Origin: Deltaproteobacteria bacterium
GTDB lineage: Bacteria; Bdellovibrionota_C; UBA2361; JAGFJO01
Direction of reading: 5' to 3'
Length of the DNA stretch: 64,000 nt
Assembly: GCA_024102635.1 (NCBI GenBank)
Contig: JAGFJO010000136.1
Span: 17,133-81,132, forward strand
Position numbers and translations under genes: made by a program. Under the pieces are notes generated by a model. It was not told the origin of the DNA and did no database searches. It saw only the letters and a list, made by a program, of their open reading frames with translations. Positions 45,719 to 54,831 of this stretch are shown in pieces; within the stretch, counting starts at the first letter, position 1, and each line of letters begins with the position of its first letter.

Positions 45719-46348
45719 CTACTTCATTTTTACAAACTGAACCGACCCCAGCTCCTCGGTTTTAAGTCCATCTTCAGTCTTTTCCATCATTATCAGATAT
45801 TGATAATCTTCGCCAAGGGGGAGAACTATTCGCCCCCCGATCTTCAGTTGGCGCACCAAGTCCCGCGGAATCTCTTCGCATGCGGCAGAAACAACGATTG
45901 CATCGAAAGGAGCGGCCTCGCGCCATCCGCGCTTGCCGTCGCCCGAGCGTAGGTGAATCTCTGAATAGCCGAGCAGACGGAGCAGCTTGCCGCTTCGTCT
46001 GCTTAGTGCCGGATCGATCTCAATGGAGTAGACCTCGGCTCCAAGCTCGGCCAGCAATGCCGTCTGATAGCCGGAACCTGTTCCAACGTCGAGCACCTTA
46101 TCGCCCGCCTGAATCTCGACACTCTGGAGCATTAGCGCCACTACGTATGGCTGAGAGATGGACTGACCAGGCCCGAGAGAGATCGCCTGGTCGTTGTAAG
46201 CCTTGTCCTGAACGTCCGAGGGCACGAAGCGGTGGCGCGGCATCTTTCCCATAGCGCGCAGTACCTCACTATCCGTAATACCGCGGGCAGCAAGCTGGTT
46301 GCTTACCATGTCGGCGCGAAGCGCTGAGAAGCGATCAGAATCACCCAT
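45719..46348 (-). CDS. pcm: Protein-L-isoaspartate O-methyltransferase
   Basis: 'VLRAMGKMPRHRFVP', 'ISQPYVVALM' and SAM motif 'VLDVGTGSGYQTALLA'. Confidence 0.9.
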   Translation of the reverse strand: MGDSDRFSALRADMVSNQLAARGITDSEVLRAMGKMPRHRFVPSDVQDKAYNDQAISLGPGQSISQPYVVALMLQSVEIQAGDKVLDVGTGSGYQTALLAELGAEVYSIEIDPALSRRSGKLLRLLGYSEIHLRSGDGKRGWREAAPFDAIVVSAACEEIPRDLVRQLKIGGRIVLPLGEDYQYLIMMEKTEDGLKTEELGSVQFVKMK

Positions 46349-46351
46349 CTC

Positions 46352-47293
46352 TTATCGTAAAGCTTGCACGATTGTTGATACATTGTGCCGAAGCATGCCG
46401 GTATATCTTCCTTCCGGAGTTCCCTTCTCTCCCATTGCATCCGAAAACAGTTCTCCACCCAGAGCAACCTCGGCGCCGCGAGCCTGTACACCCTCTTTTA
46501 ATGCCAGAATGAATTTCTGAGGCACGCTGGATTCTACAAAGACGGCCTTGATACGCCTATCGATTATCACGTCCACCAGCCGCTTAAGATCGTGCAACCC
46601 GAACTCGGATGCGGTGCTTAGTCCTTGTAGTCCCATTACCTCGATATCATATGCTTTGCCGAAATACCCGAATGCATCATGCGCGGTTATCAACACCCGC
46701 TGGGCTTTAGGAATACTGGCGATCTGTTCACGGATCCATTCGTCAAGCCGAAGCAGCTCCGCCATATATGCGGCAGCATTAGATTCAAAAAATTGTTTAT
46801 CTTCAGGTCGCTGTTCACTCAAACTGAGTGTGACCGCCTCCATTGCCTTAATCCAGAGCTTAATGTCGAACCAGACGTGCGGGTCGTACTGCCCCTCATA
46901 TTCAGGAGGCTGAAGTAACAAATTAGTATCGATGCCCGAAGCTACGGCTACGCTCGGCTTTTTCTTGGCGAGTTTCTCGAGTACCTCGGCCATTTTGCCC
47001 TCTAGATGCAACCCGTTGTATAAGATCAGGTCTGCTCGCTGAAGCTGCTGAAGATCGCTTAAGGTGGCTTTATAAAGATGCGGATCTACTCCAGGACCCA
47101 TCAATGCGGCGACATCAACGCGGTCCCCTCCTACCTCTTCAGCTAGATCGGCAATCATTCCGGTAGTCGCAACGACCTTCAGCGGAGCTTTCGAAGGATC
47201 CGCCGCCGCAATTGACGCCGTGAAAGCTGCCGTGAGCACAGCGATGAATGAGAACCAGCTTAAGAAGAGATGAGGCGTCTTAATCTTCAGCAT
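46352..47293 (-). CDS. Metal ABC transporter substrate-binding protein (ZnuA/TroA/MntC family)
   Basis: 'LKVVATTGMIADLAEEVGGDRVDV', 'GVDPHLY' and 'YDPHVWFD', with a signal peptide. Confidence 0.88.
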   Translation of the reverse strand: MLKIKTPHLFLSWFSFIAVLTAAFTASIAAADPSKAPLKVVATTGMIADLAEEVGGDRVDVAALMGPGVDPHLYKATLSDLQQLQRADLILYNGLHLEGKMAEVLEKLAKKKPSVAVASGIDTNLLLQPPEYEGQYDPHVWFDIKLWIKAMEAVTLSLSEQRPEDKQFFESNAAAYMAELLRLDEWIREQIASIPKAQRVLITAHDAFGYFGKAYDIEVMGLQGLSTASEFGLHDLKRLVDVIIDRRIKAVFVESSVPQKFILALKEGVQARGAEVALGGELFSDAMGEKGTPEGRYTGMLRHNVSTIVQALR

Positions 47294-47370
47294 CCATTAA
47301 TGAAGATAGAGCTGCGCCCGCCGTTCAGATCGTACGGCAACACGCCCTTCTGAAAACGAATCAACCCAAA

Positions 47371-48096
47371 CTACTGTGCAGTGGCTGCTTGAGCTTGAGG
47401 CTCAAAAACATCTGACCAAAGACAAACTACGTCCTCGGACGGCACGGTATATACACCCAGCTCGTCGCCATTGCGATGAAAGCCGTATCGAACCGCCCCA
47501 CCGTTATCGCGCAACAGGTCCCTGCAAGCCTTATCCTGACCACTGAACCAAAGCTGTTGATACTTCTCGAGGAGACTGCTGTCGTCGAGCAGCTCGCGGT
47601 CAACCATGGCGAGACAACGGGTGTCGATGAAGACATGGCCCGCTTCGCTGGTCGCCCGCTCCGCAATTCCATCAGTCTCCACCTGAATCTCCTCCGGGTG
47701 AATTATTATCGATTGGGCAAATGGATCCCTCTCGATCCTATATGTTCCGGGAGTCAGATTTACCACCAGTCCACCGTAATAGTTGACGAGTTCATCCTTC
47801 TTAGTTGGCTCGTCATCTATAATCTCAAGCAGCTTTGCAATGAACTGAGGGTTGGCAAGCATGAACTGGTCGATCAAAACAAGATGTCCGCTTTCGACCG
47901 CTATGCGCTCTCTTTGGTTGCCGCTCTCTGCTGCCTGTCTTGGATTCGGCTTACGCCGTCCACCTCGACGACCGCCGCCTCCGCCGCCGCCGCGCTGGGG
48001 GCGGCCTCCGCCGGGTTTACCCCTGCGTCCGGAGGACTTTCGGCCTGATCTGCCTCTATAAAATCTATCGTTTCTCATGACGTGAGAGACTAGCAT
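47371..48096 (-). CDS. Hypothetical protein with an RGG/Gly-Arg-rich N-terminal region
   Basis: 'GRSGRKSSGRRGKPGGGRPQRGGGGGGGRRGGRRKPNPRQ' is followed by a ~180-aa globular part with no known motif. Confidence 0.55.
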   Translation of the reverse strand: MLVSHVMRNDRFYRGRSGRKSSGRRGKPGGGRPQRGGGGGGGRRGGRRKPNPRQAAESGNQRERIAVESGHLVLIDQFMLANPQFIAKLLEIIDDEPTKKDELVNYYGGLVVNLTPGTYRIERDPFAQSIIIHPEEIQVETDGIAERATSEAGHVFIDTRCLAMVDRELLDDSSLLEKYQQLWFSGQDKACRDLLRDNGGAVRYGFHRNGDELGVYTVPSEDVVCLWSDVFEPQAQAATAQ

Positions 48097-48246
48097 AAGG
48101 GATACAGCAAAGCCAGGGAGGGCACCCTTCAGAATACCTGAGAACGTTGGATATTTTGCTGTTTCTATGCCGTAAAGCTTCCAAGGCGACCAGACGATAT
48201 TAGAGATAATGCCGTAGAGAGATAGCGGATATTAACCTCAGCTAAT

Positions 48247-48741
48247 ATGCAGCACGAGAATTCAGAGCCACAACCAATCGAATTGACACGGGAAATTTCG
48301 GATTTCCACGGGGTACGTTTCGACGCCACCAGAGTCTGCTTAACCGGCACCTATGCCGACGAGCTCTCGTTATTCAGAGCTAAACGCTCCTGGAGTGAGA
48401 TTCTGGAGGACAATTTCCTGCTAGAGAAGAACTACGACTATGAGTTCACCTATCACTGCGATACGGAAAGATTAAATTTTATCCTAAATTGTGAGTTTGT
48501 TACCTCCTGCGGCCGCTATGCATTTTGGCGGCTGACCAACAATCAGGCCCCGGAAGCTCAGTATCTGATCGAAACTGCCCATATTCCCAATGCCGAGTTG
48601 AGGCATGATGAGTTCCTATCTGCCCCTGACTTAGAGCCTGTATGCGGAACGATAAACCCGGAAGAGTCCGCCGTATTGAACGAAAATAGCGGCAGCAGGT
48701 CTTTTCTTGATGTCATCGTACGGCTATTCCGAGGCCGTTGA
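48247..48741 (+). CDS. Hypothetical protein
   Basis: 164-aa ORF with no recognisable motif. Confidence 0.45.
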   Translation: MQHENSEPQPIELTREISDFHGVRFDATRVCLTGTYADELSLFRAKRSWSEILEDNFLLEKNYDYEFTYHCDTERLNFILNCEFVTSCGRYAFWRLTNNQAPEAQYLIETAHIPNAELRHDEFLSAPDLEPVCGTINPEESAVLNENSGSRSFLDVIVRLFRGR

Positions 48742-48925
48742 ACCGGCGATGCGCTCAGTAACGTACCTACCCGGGGAAAATGCATAAATCCCTGCCAGTC
48801 CAGCCAGTTAAGGACATCCGAGACTATGCGCGTTTACGCCGTAACAGCTCCATACCATCTATATGAGTAATAACGGGTTAGTTCCACCCCTAGCTTCTTC
48901 TACTTCTGTTAGGTGACTTAGTTTT

Positions 48926-49195
48926 ATGGCAACCAAGAATCGCGATGGGAAATTCATTCTGGCGGCGGGCGAAATCGGAAGCTTCGCTGTATGTCCCGAA
49001 GCGTGGCGGCTTAGGACAGTTGAAAAGGTACAGGGCGCCAAGAGCAGCGAATCTGAACTCGGGGAAACGCTCCATAATGAATGGGCTTCACATCACGATG
49101 AAGCCTACTTCTTTGCCCGTGGCATACGAGTGGTGCTTTTTATGATCGCTGCATCGATAGTAATTGGCGCATTGATGATGATGCAGCAGCAATAG
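48926..49195 (+). CDS. Cas4-like N-terminal module (first Fe-S Cys) with a C-terminal TM helix
   Basis: 'GEIGSFAVCPEAWRLRTVEK' resembles the Cas4/DUF83 N-terminal Cys helix. The C-terminus 'VVLFMIAASIVIGALMMM' is hydrophobic. Confidence 0.45.
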   Translation: MATKNRDGKFILAAGEIGSFAVCPEAWRLRTVEKVQGAKSSESELGETLHNEWASHHDEAYFFARGIRVVLFMIAASIVIGALMMMQQQ

Positions 49196-49205
49196 TGATA
49201 AAAGC

Positions 49206-49850
49206 ATGAGAGACGCCGCAGCGAATTATATTCTGGGCCTGATACATGAAATTGTTGCCGTCGACTCTACGTTGATTTTGCTGGCTGTGCTGGTGGTGAT
49301 GTGTGTCATGGTACTAGACAGTATAGCAAGCCACGCCCGCAGAGTTCGGGAAGCTGCCGGATTATCGCGGCGATCAAGCACAATCAGCGTGGATGGGGCT
49401 CGCTCGCTGCCATTGCGAAACTATGTCTCCGATATGCAGGGACTTGCAGGGCGGCCGGATGCATTAGTAATCGAGAACGGCTATTTAATTCCTATTGAAA
49501 GAAAGCCTACCTCAAACAAAGTAAGAGACCGTTATGTCGCTCAGTTGCTAGTGTATATGCGATTAATAGAGGAGTTTGAGGGCAAAAAGCCCCCTTATGG
49601 TTACCTCATACTCGGGGCTAACTGCCGGCGTATTAAAATAGAGAACTCCGAGGAACGTCAGGCATGGCTGCAATCCCTTATCGACGAAATGAACTCGATA
49701 CTGAAAGGGGCAGCTGCAAAAGCTTCGCCCCACCCTAGAAAGTGCTCCAAGTGCCCGGTAAAAGAGCACTGTTCCTTTAAAGCTTTGCCGGCGCCGCGCG
49801 GCGCATCCTCTTCAGCCGCTAAGCGCAAGGCGGCATTACCGGTTTTATAG
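49206..49850 (+). CDS. Cas4/PD-(D/E)xK family nuclease core with an N-terminal TM helix
   Basis: 'GRPDALV' (motif II Asp), 'IPIERKPT' (ExK), 'AQLLVYMRLI' (QhxxY) and the C-terminal Cys triad 'CSKCPVKEHC'. The N-terminus 'LILLAVLVVMCVMVL' is hydrophobic. Confidence 0.7.
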   Translation: MRDAAANYILGLIHEIVAVDSTLILLAVLVVMCVMVLDSIASHARRVREAAGLSRRSSTISVDGARSLPLRNYVSDMQGLAGRPDALVIENGYLIPIERKPTSNKVRDRYVAQLLVYMRLIEEFEGKKPPYGYLILGANCRRIKIENSEERQAWLQSLIDEMNSILKGAAAKASPHPRKCSKCPVKEHCSFKALPAPRGASSSAAKRKAALPVL

Positions 49851-50013
49851 CGAGCTACTACCTCCATATTATACTAGGAAGATTTCGTATTTTTTATCTT
49901 TGAAGCAACCTTTTGCTTTATTCAGACCATAACAGTGAGAACCAGGGCCCGCTGTCACCTGTGTATCTGCTTTGGAGCGGTTGGACAAAAGTAAGGATTT
50001 GTACGGAGGCATT

Positions 50014-51246
50014 ATGAGGAAGGTTATCGTTCAATTGATTGGCGGAGCCGCCGTTTTATCAACTGTGGGCTGCGCGAGCCTATCTGATCTAGATGTCAAC
50101 TCTTTGTCGTCCGCCCTTGACGGCAATTTACCTTCAACTGAGGCTGCATCGGGTACTGGAGATGTAGCCAATGTTCTCACCATAGCCCAAGGATTTTCGG
50201 TGAGCGATGAAGAGATCTTTCGCACGGCCCAGGAAGCGGCAATGGAAAGCGACAGTGAGAACAAGATCGCGCCCGCCAACAATCCATATGCTGTGCGTCT
50301 CAATAAACTTGTCAAAAAGCACTTTAGGGAGGATGGATTGAAGCTCGACTTCAAAGTCTACCTGTCTCCCGAAGTAAACGCATTCGCATTGGCCAATGGG
50401 AGCATCAGAGTTTACAGCGGCCTTATGGATAGACTGAAGGACGACGAGCTTCTGAGCGTAATAGGTCATGAAATCGGGCATGTAAAGCTGGGGCATAGCA
50501 AGAATCAGATTAGCGCCGCCTTAAGAACTGAAGGCGGTGTTAACATGCTAACCAATTACGCTGGCGACAAGGCAGCGGCCAAAGCCGGGGGTCTTGGGAA
50601 AGCCGGTGTCGCTCTCGCCGGAGAAGGCGCCAAAAAGATAATAAACTCTAAATTTTCACGCGACGATGAACGTTCCGCCGATGATTACGGGCTGCAGTTT
50701 TTGAAGAGACACAGTTACGATCCACAGGCTTCGGTGCGCGCTCTTCAAAAGCTGGCGAAGATGGGAGGCGGAGAGAAAGGCACATTGGCATTTCTGACTT
50801 CATCGCACCCAGACCCGGAATCAAGGGCAGAGCGATTGGCTCAGCAGTTGGGCGCGCCGATGGAAGCGCAAGGATCAGCGACGATGAAGGCCTCAGCTGA
50901 TATTACGAAAACGGAGGTCTCCGCAAACACAGCAAAAGATCGATCTACCTCGTCCCCTCAGGCAAAAGCTGTTAAGGCTCCTGCGGTCGCCGAGACCAAC
51001 TCTCTTGGATGGGCGATACAAGTTGCCGCGGAAGAGGAAGAAGTGATTGCCCGTGAGAAAATCAGCGCTTTGGCAGAGGATGGAGTCAAGGCAAGCCTGC
51101 AACCAACTATCGTCAAAGGGAAAACCTATTATCGCGTGTTAGTCGGACCGTACCGAAGCAAGTCAAGCGCGAAAGAGGACCTTGAGAGGATTACAAATTT
51201 CGATATACATCACGGCACGCCGTTTATCCGGGAACTCAAGGAATAG
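50014..51246 (+). CDS. M48 family metalloprotease lipoprotein with a C-terminal SPOR domain
   Basis: Lipobox 'LSTVGCAS' and 'HEIGHVKLGH'. The C-terminus 'GWAIQVAAEEEE...GKTYYRVLVGPYRSKSSAKEDLERI' is SPOR-like. Confidence 0.8.
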   Translation: MRKVIVQLIGGAAVLSTVGCASLSDLDVNSLSSALDGNLPSTEAASGTGDVANVLTIAQGFSVSDEEIFRTAQEAAMESDSENKIAPANNPYAVRLNKLVKKHFREDGLKLDFKVYLSPEVNAFALANGSIRVYSGLMDRLKDDELLSVIGHEIGHVKLGHSKNQISAALRTEGGVNMLTNYAGDKAAAKAGGLGKAGVALAGEGAKKIINSKFSRDDERSADDYGLQFLKRHSYDPQASVRALQKLAKMGGGEKGTLAFLTSSHPDPESRAERLAQQLGAPMEAQGSATMKASADITKTEVSANTAKDRSTSSPQAKAVKAPAVAETNSLGWAIQVAAEEEEVIAREKISALAEDGVKASLQPTIVKGKTYYRVLVGPYRSKSSAKEDLERITNFDIHHGTPFIRELKE

Positions 51247-51263
51247 TTGCTGCCGTCAAGCAG

Positions 51264-51776
51264 TCAGATTAGCACCGGTTTTCCAAGCAATCGCCGCACG
51301 ACTACGAATTGGCCGCTGTGATTTAGTTGATGCACGCCCTGCATTATGAAAACATGGCCTGCGGTCGGCGCGTAAGATCGCATTTTCTCGGGGCCAGGGT
51401 CGCTTAATCTGTCCTCGTCATACGACTGCAGGATTCCCAGGGTCGCTTCCCGCTGTGCCTCTCCAAGCTCGACATACTCGTTCTTTTGGTAGAATAGCTC
51501 AGAGCTGCTGCTCCCTTGATTCTCCTTGGCATGAGCAGAGATAAACTCTTCCGAAAGCGCCGGCGATAGCCCCGGCGCCAAGCACTGCATGGAGTTGTAC
51601 TCCGATACGATGAGGTGTCCCAACTGATACGCGATATGGCTCGCTGAGGGAGCGGGACGGACTAATATCTCGCTCTCTTCCAGGTCGCTTATATACTTCG
51701 ATACCAGAAAACTCCCGTACGAAAGGACGGCTTTAATAGCGGCCTTGGTTTGCATAAAATACTCCATCTTCAACAA
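51264..51776 (-). CDS. DinB family protein
   Basis: A His triad pattern ('QLGHLIV', 'GVHQLNHSGQ') in a ~170-aa helical protein. Confidence 0.6.
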   Translation of the reverse strand: MLKMEYFMQTKAAIKAVLSYGSFLVSKYISDLEESEILVRPAPSASHIAYQLGHLIVSEYNSMQCLAPGLSPALSEEFISAHAKENQGSSSSELFYQKNEYVELGEAQREATLGILQSYDEDRLSDPGPEKMRSYAPTAGHVFIMQGVHQLNHSGQFVVVRRLLGKPVLI

Positions 51777-51932
51777 ATAAGCAGAACCAGCTTAACCATG
51801 CCTGGGGCCGCTCCGCCAGCACCTCACAACAATATGCTGCCATGAATCATAGGAGGCTTGGCAGGCGAGAGCTAGAAGTGATGGAGAAATGTATTGATAA
51901 CTGCTACCCTTTTTGATGGAGACCGATGACAA

Positions 51933-52646
51933 ATGTTTTTCCCGGTAGGCGATGATAATACGCGGCGGCTGACGACACCATTTGTCGTGTGGCTGATCTT
52001 CGGCTTGAATGCATTCGTTTGGATACTGCAGCTCGGCTTACGTGAACAGTTCACGTACGCCTTTGCAGCCACTCCCTACGAAATTGTGAACAACATAGAC
52101 CTCGATGGCCCGCTGCTGCTTCGCATTAATGGGCAATCCCTGCCGTTGAACCACTCGCAAGGCCCTTCTCCGATTCAGCTTACGCTCTTTAGTGCAATGT
52201 TTATGCACGGCTCGTGGGCCCACATTATCGGGAACATGGTGTACCTGCTGATATTTGCCGACCAAATCGAAGATTCGCTTGGGCATCTCCGCTTTCTACT
52301 CTTTTATGTCATCTGCGGTCTTGCTGCCGGACTAGCCCATGTAGTTTTTGCTCCGGCCAGCATGATCCCATCGCTCGGAGCATCCGGCGCAATCGCAGGG
52401 GTTTTGGGCGCCTATCTGGTAGCGCATCCCACTAATACAGTGAGAGTTATGTATTGGCACCAGATCATTCATGTACCCGCCTTTATAGTGCTCGGAGGAT
52501 GGATATTCTTGCAGATGATCTCACAAATCTCGGCGGTGGGAGTGGAGACCGGAGTAGCTTACATGGCTCACATAGGTGGCTTTATGGCCGGAGTACCGCT
52601 ATATTTTATTATGAGACGGAGGCAAAGAGGAGTATATGCTCGCTAA
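51933..52646 (+). CDS. Rhomboid family intramembrane serine protease
   Basis: 'HGSWAHIIGNM', 'GASGAIAGVLGAY' and 'AHIGGFMAG'. Confidence 0.88.
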   Translation: MFFPVGDDNTRRLTTPFVVWLIFGLNAFVWILQLGLREQFTYAFAATPYEIVNNIDLDGPLLLRINGQSLPLNHSQGPSPIQLTLFSAMFMHGSWAHIIGNMVYLLIFADQIEDSLGHLRFLLFYVICGLAAGLAHVVFAPASMIPSLGASGAIAGVLGAYLVAHPTNTVRVMYWHQIIHVPAFIVLGGWIFLQMISQISAVGVETGVAYMAHIGGFMAGVPLYFIMRRRQRGVYAR

Positions 52647-52658
52647 AGGGGGAGATTA

Positions 52659-53231
52659 ATGGCAGAGGACCAGCTAGAGAAGTATTTTCGAGGAGTGCTT
52701 TCAGAGATCGGTGAAGACCCGGCCCGCCCGGGATTGTCGTCAACCCCTGAACGGGCTGCTCGCGCCTTCAAATTCATGACCAGCGGCTATAAGCAGAATC
52801 TTGATGAAATTGTCAACAACGCCGTTTTCCCCACAAACAACACCGAGATGATTGTCGTCAAGGACATCGAGTTGTACTCGTTATGCGAACATCATCTCCT
52901 CCCCTTTTTCGGCAGATGTCACGTTGGATATCTTCCCGACAAGAAGATAATCGGTCTTTCTAAGATCGCCCGTATAGTGGACGCGTTCGCCAGGCGTTTA
53001 CAGGTGCAAGAGAATTTAACACAGCAAATTGCAGAAGCTATTATTCACTACACGGGCGGACTCGGCGCTGGAGTGGTCATAGAAGCGAGGCATCTTTGCA
53101 TGATGATGCGGGGTGTTGAAAAGCAGCGTTCTTCGATGAAAACCTCTTGCATGCTGGGACACTTCCGTAGCGACCCCAAAACGCGCAGCGAATTCCTGGC
53201 GCTTGTTGCTGACAAGGAGGCCGTCATATGA
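52659..53231 (+). CDS. folE: GTP cyclohydrolase I
   Basis: '[12 protein letters not shown]' and '[13 protein letters not shown]'. Confidence 0.92.
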   Translation: MAEDQLEKYFRGVLSEIGEDPARPGLSSTPERAARAFKFMTSGYKQNLDEIVNNAVFPTNNTEMIVVKDIELYSLCEHHLLPFFGRCHVGYLPDKKIIGLSKIARIVDAFARRLQVQENLTQQIAEAIIHYTGGLGAGVVIEARHLCMMMRGVEKQRSSMKTSCMLGHFRSDPKTRSEFLALVADKEAVI

Positions 53232-53680
53232 GCAGCGACACCTGCCTTATCACACGCCGAATCGAGATCGATATGGGACACCGCGTGCCAAATCATAAAA
53301 GCAAGTGCCGTAACTTGCACGGCCACCGCTACGGAATAGAAGTTGGCGTAAAAGGTCCGGTGCAAAGTGCTAGTAACAGCAGCGACGAGGGCATGGTGAT
53401 GGACTTTGGTGACCTCAAAGATATCTTACGGCGAGAGATCGACGCAAAGTATGATCACGGCTTCATGATGTATGAGGGAGACCCGTTGGCTGATACTTTC
53501 AAGCAGCTCACCGGCCAGAAGATCATCTATGTACCGTTTATTCCGACAGCCGAAAATTTTGCGCGCTTTCTATACGAATCCCTGGATGCGGAGATAGCCG
53601 CCCTTGGCTTGTCTCTGGCTTTCGTAAAAATTTGGGAAACGCCTAATAGCGTTGCTTATTATGAAGGTGGCACGCGCTAA
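53228..53680 (+). CDS. queD: 6-carboxytetrahydropterin / 6-pyruvoyl-tetrahydropterin synthase family
   Basis: 'CRNLHGHRY' and '[11 protein letters not shown]', with an ATGA overlap with folE. Confidence 0.85.
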   Translation: MSSDTCLITRRIEIDMGHRVPNHKSKCRNLHGHRYGIEVGVKGPVQSASNSSDEGMVMDFGDLKDILRREIDAKYDHGFMMYEGDPLADTFKQLTGQKIIYVPFIPTAENFARFLYESLDAEIAALGLSLAFVKIWETPNSVAYYEGGTR

Positions 53681-54831
53681 GCAGCTGCCGCGCCCTTTGC
53701 ACTCCGCTCACCCAGTTTGTATTGGATGGCATGGCCGAAGATATAGACACATATCGGCACGCCTAGGACAAGCCCCCATACATTGAACATCTTTCCGCCG
53801 ATGGTAAGGATAATTAGCACCACTACTGGATTAAGATGGAGGTGATGCCCGTATATCCTTGGATTGAGGATGTAAGCCTCAATCATGTGAATAACGGTGA
53901 TCATTATTACCGAAAGGAACATCAAGCCAAAGCCGGACTCTTGCAACGCAACCAGGCAGATCGGAAGAGAACTTATGAAAACGCCGGCAACCGGAATAAA
54001 ACTGCAAAGAAAAACTATTAATGAGAGAAACGCAATCTTTTCATTGAGTCCCAGCAGCATAAGCCCCAGCGCTGTTAGAACAGTATTCAGGATCGCTATA
54101 AAAAGCTGCGCCTCAAGCGCTCGCCCAAGCACCGTGCCAAAGTCGCGCACACTGGGAGCCACCTCTTCATAGACAAACCCTAACTTAGTAGTCGCCAAAC
54201 TTTTCACACTTTTTGTCAACGCCGGAAGGTCAAGCACTATAAGGAACGAGAAAAGAAGAGATAGCAGGAATGCCGACCCGAGCGTGAACAGATATGCCCC
54301 GATATTTCTGAATGCCCCGATCACTTCGCGCACCCCGTCTTGGCCCTCGCCGTCACCGAAGCCGAGCGAAAGCTGAATAAGTTCTGAGGCAAGTGAGCGT
54401 CTCGGCTCGCCGGCCACTCTAGGCGCACCGTTTCGTTCGAGGTGTTCCGGAAAATGAAGCTGTAGGAACTCGCGCACCGCCGGATAGTTATCGGCCAGAT
54501 TCAAGATCTCGCCATCAAGATTTTGTAGATAACCCGGATAGCGATCCGCGAAAATCTGAGCCTGCTCCTTCACATGGGGGACAAGGAAAGCACCTACAGA
54601 GAGTAGCAGCGTTAATAGGACCAGAGCCGCGAGCACCACTCTTGCTGTTCTGTTCTTTATCCTGCTCTCAAGCCGCATCACTCCGTTCGCTTGAACGTAT
54701 GAGAACACGAAGGTAAGAAAAATGAGTAGAAAAAAGGAGCGCAGCAGATATACAATCCCGAAAATCAAACCCCAAACGAGCACACGATACAGAGTAGGCA
54801 CAAACTTGCCCCAGTTGATTTCGCTATCCAT
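53677..54831 (-). CDS. AI-2E family transporter (PerM-like)
   Basis: 384 aa, polytopic, with a 'GGKMFNVWGLVLGVPI' C-terminal motif region. Confidence 0.75.
   Translation of the reverse strand: MDSEINWGKFVPTLYRVLVWGLIFGIVYLLRSFFLLIFLTFVFSYVQANGVMRLESRIKNRTARVVLAALVLLTLLLSVGAFLVPHVKEQAQIFADRYPGYLQNLDGEILNLADNYPAVREFLQLHFPEHLERNGAPRVAGEPRRSLASELIQLSLGFGDGEGQDGVREVIGAFRNIGAYLFTLGSAFLLSLLFSFLIVLDLPALTKSVKSLATTKLGFVYEEVAPSVRDFGTVLGRALEAQLFIAILNTVLTALGLMLLGLNEKIAFLSLIVFLCSFIPVAGVFISSLPICLVALQESGFGLMFLSVIMITVIHMIEAYILNPRIYGHHLHLNPVVVLIILTIGGKMFNVWGLVLGVPICVYIFGHAIQYKLGERSAKGAAAA

Noticed and set aside
44754-45765. ORFs 44754-45287 (-), 44978-45259 (-) and 45274-45765 (+)
   Set aside because: They are antisense to, or overlap, the well-supported HAD-IIA, amphi-Trp and pcm genes.
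47476-48048. 190-aa + strand ORF opposite the RGG-protein gene
   Set aside because: It is a long open frame produced by the GC-rich repetitive tract. The minus-strand frame has the globular C-terminal domain and an operon context with the SBP gene. The call is not certain.
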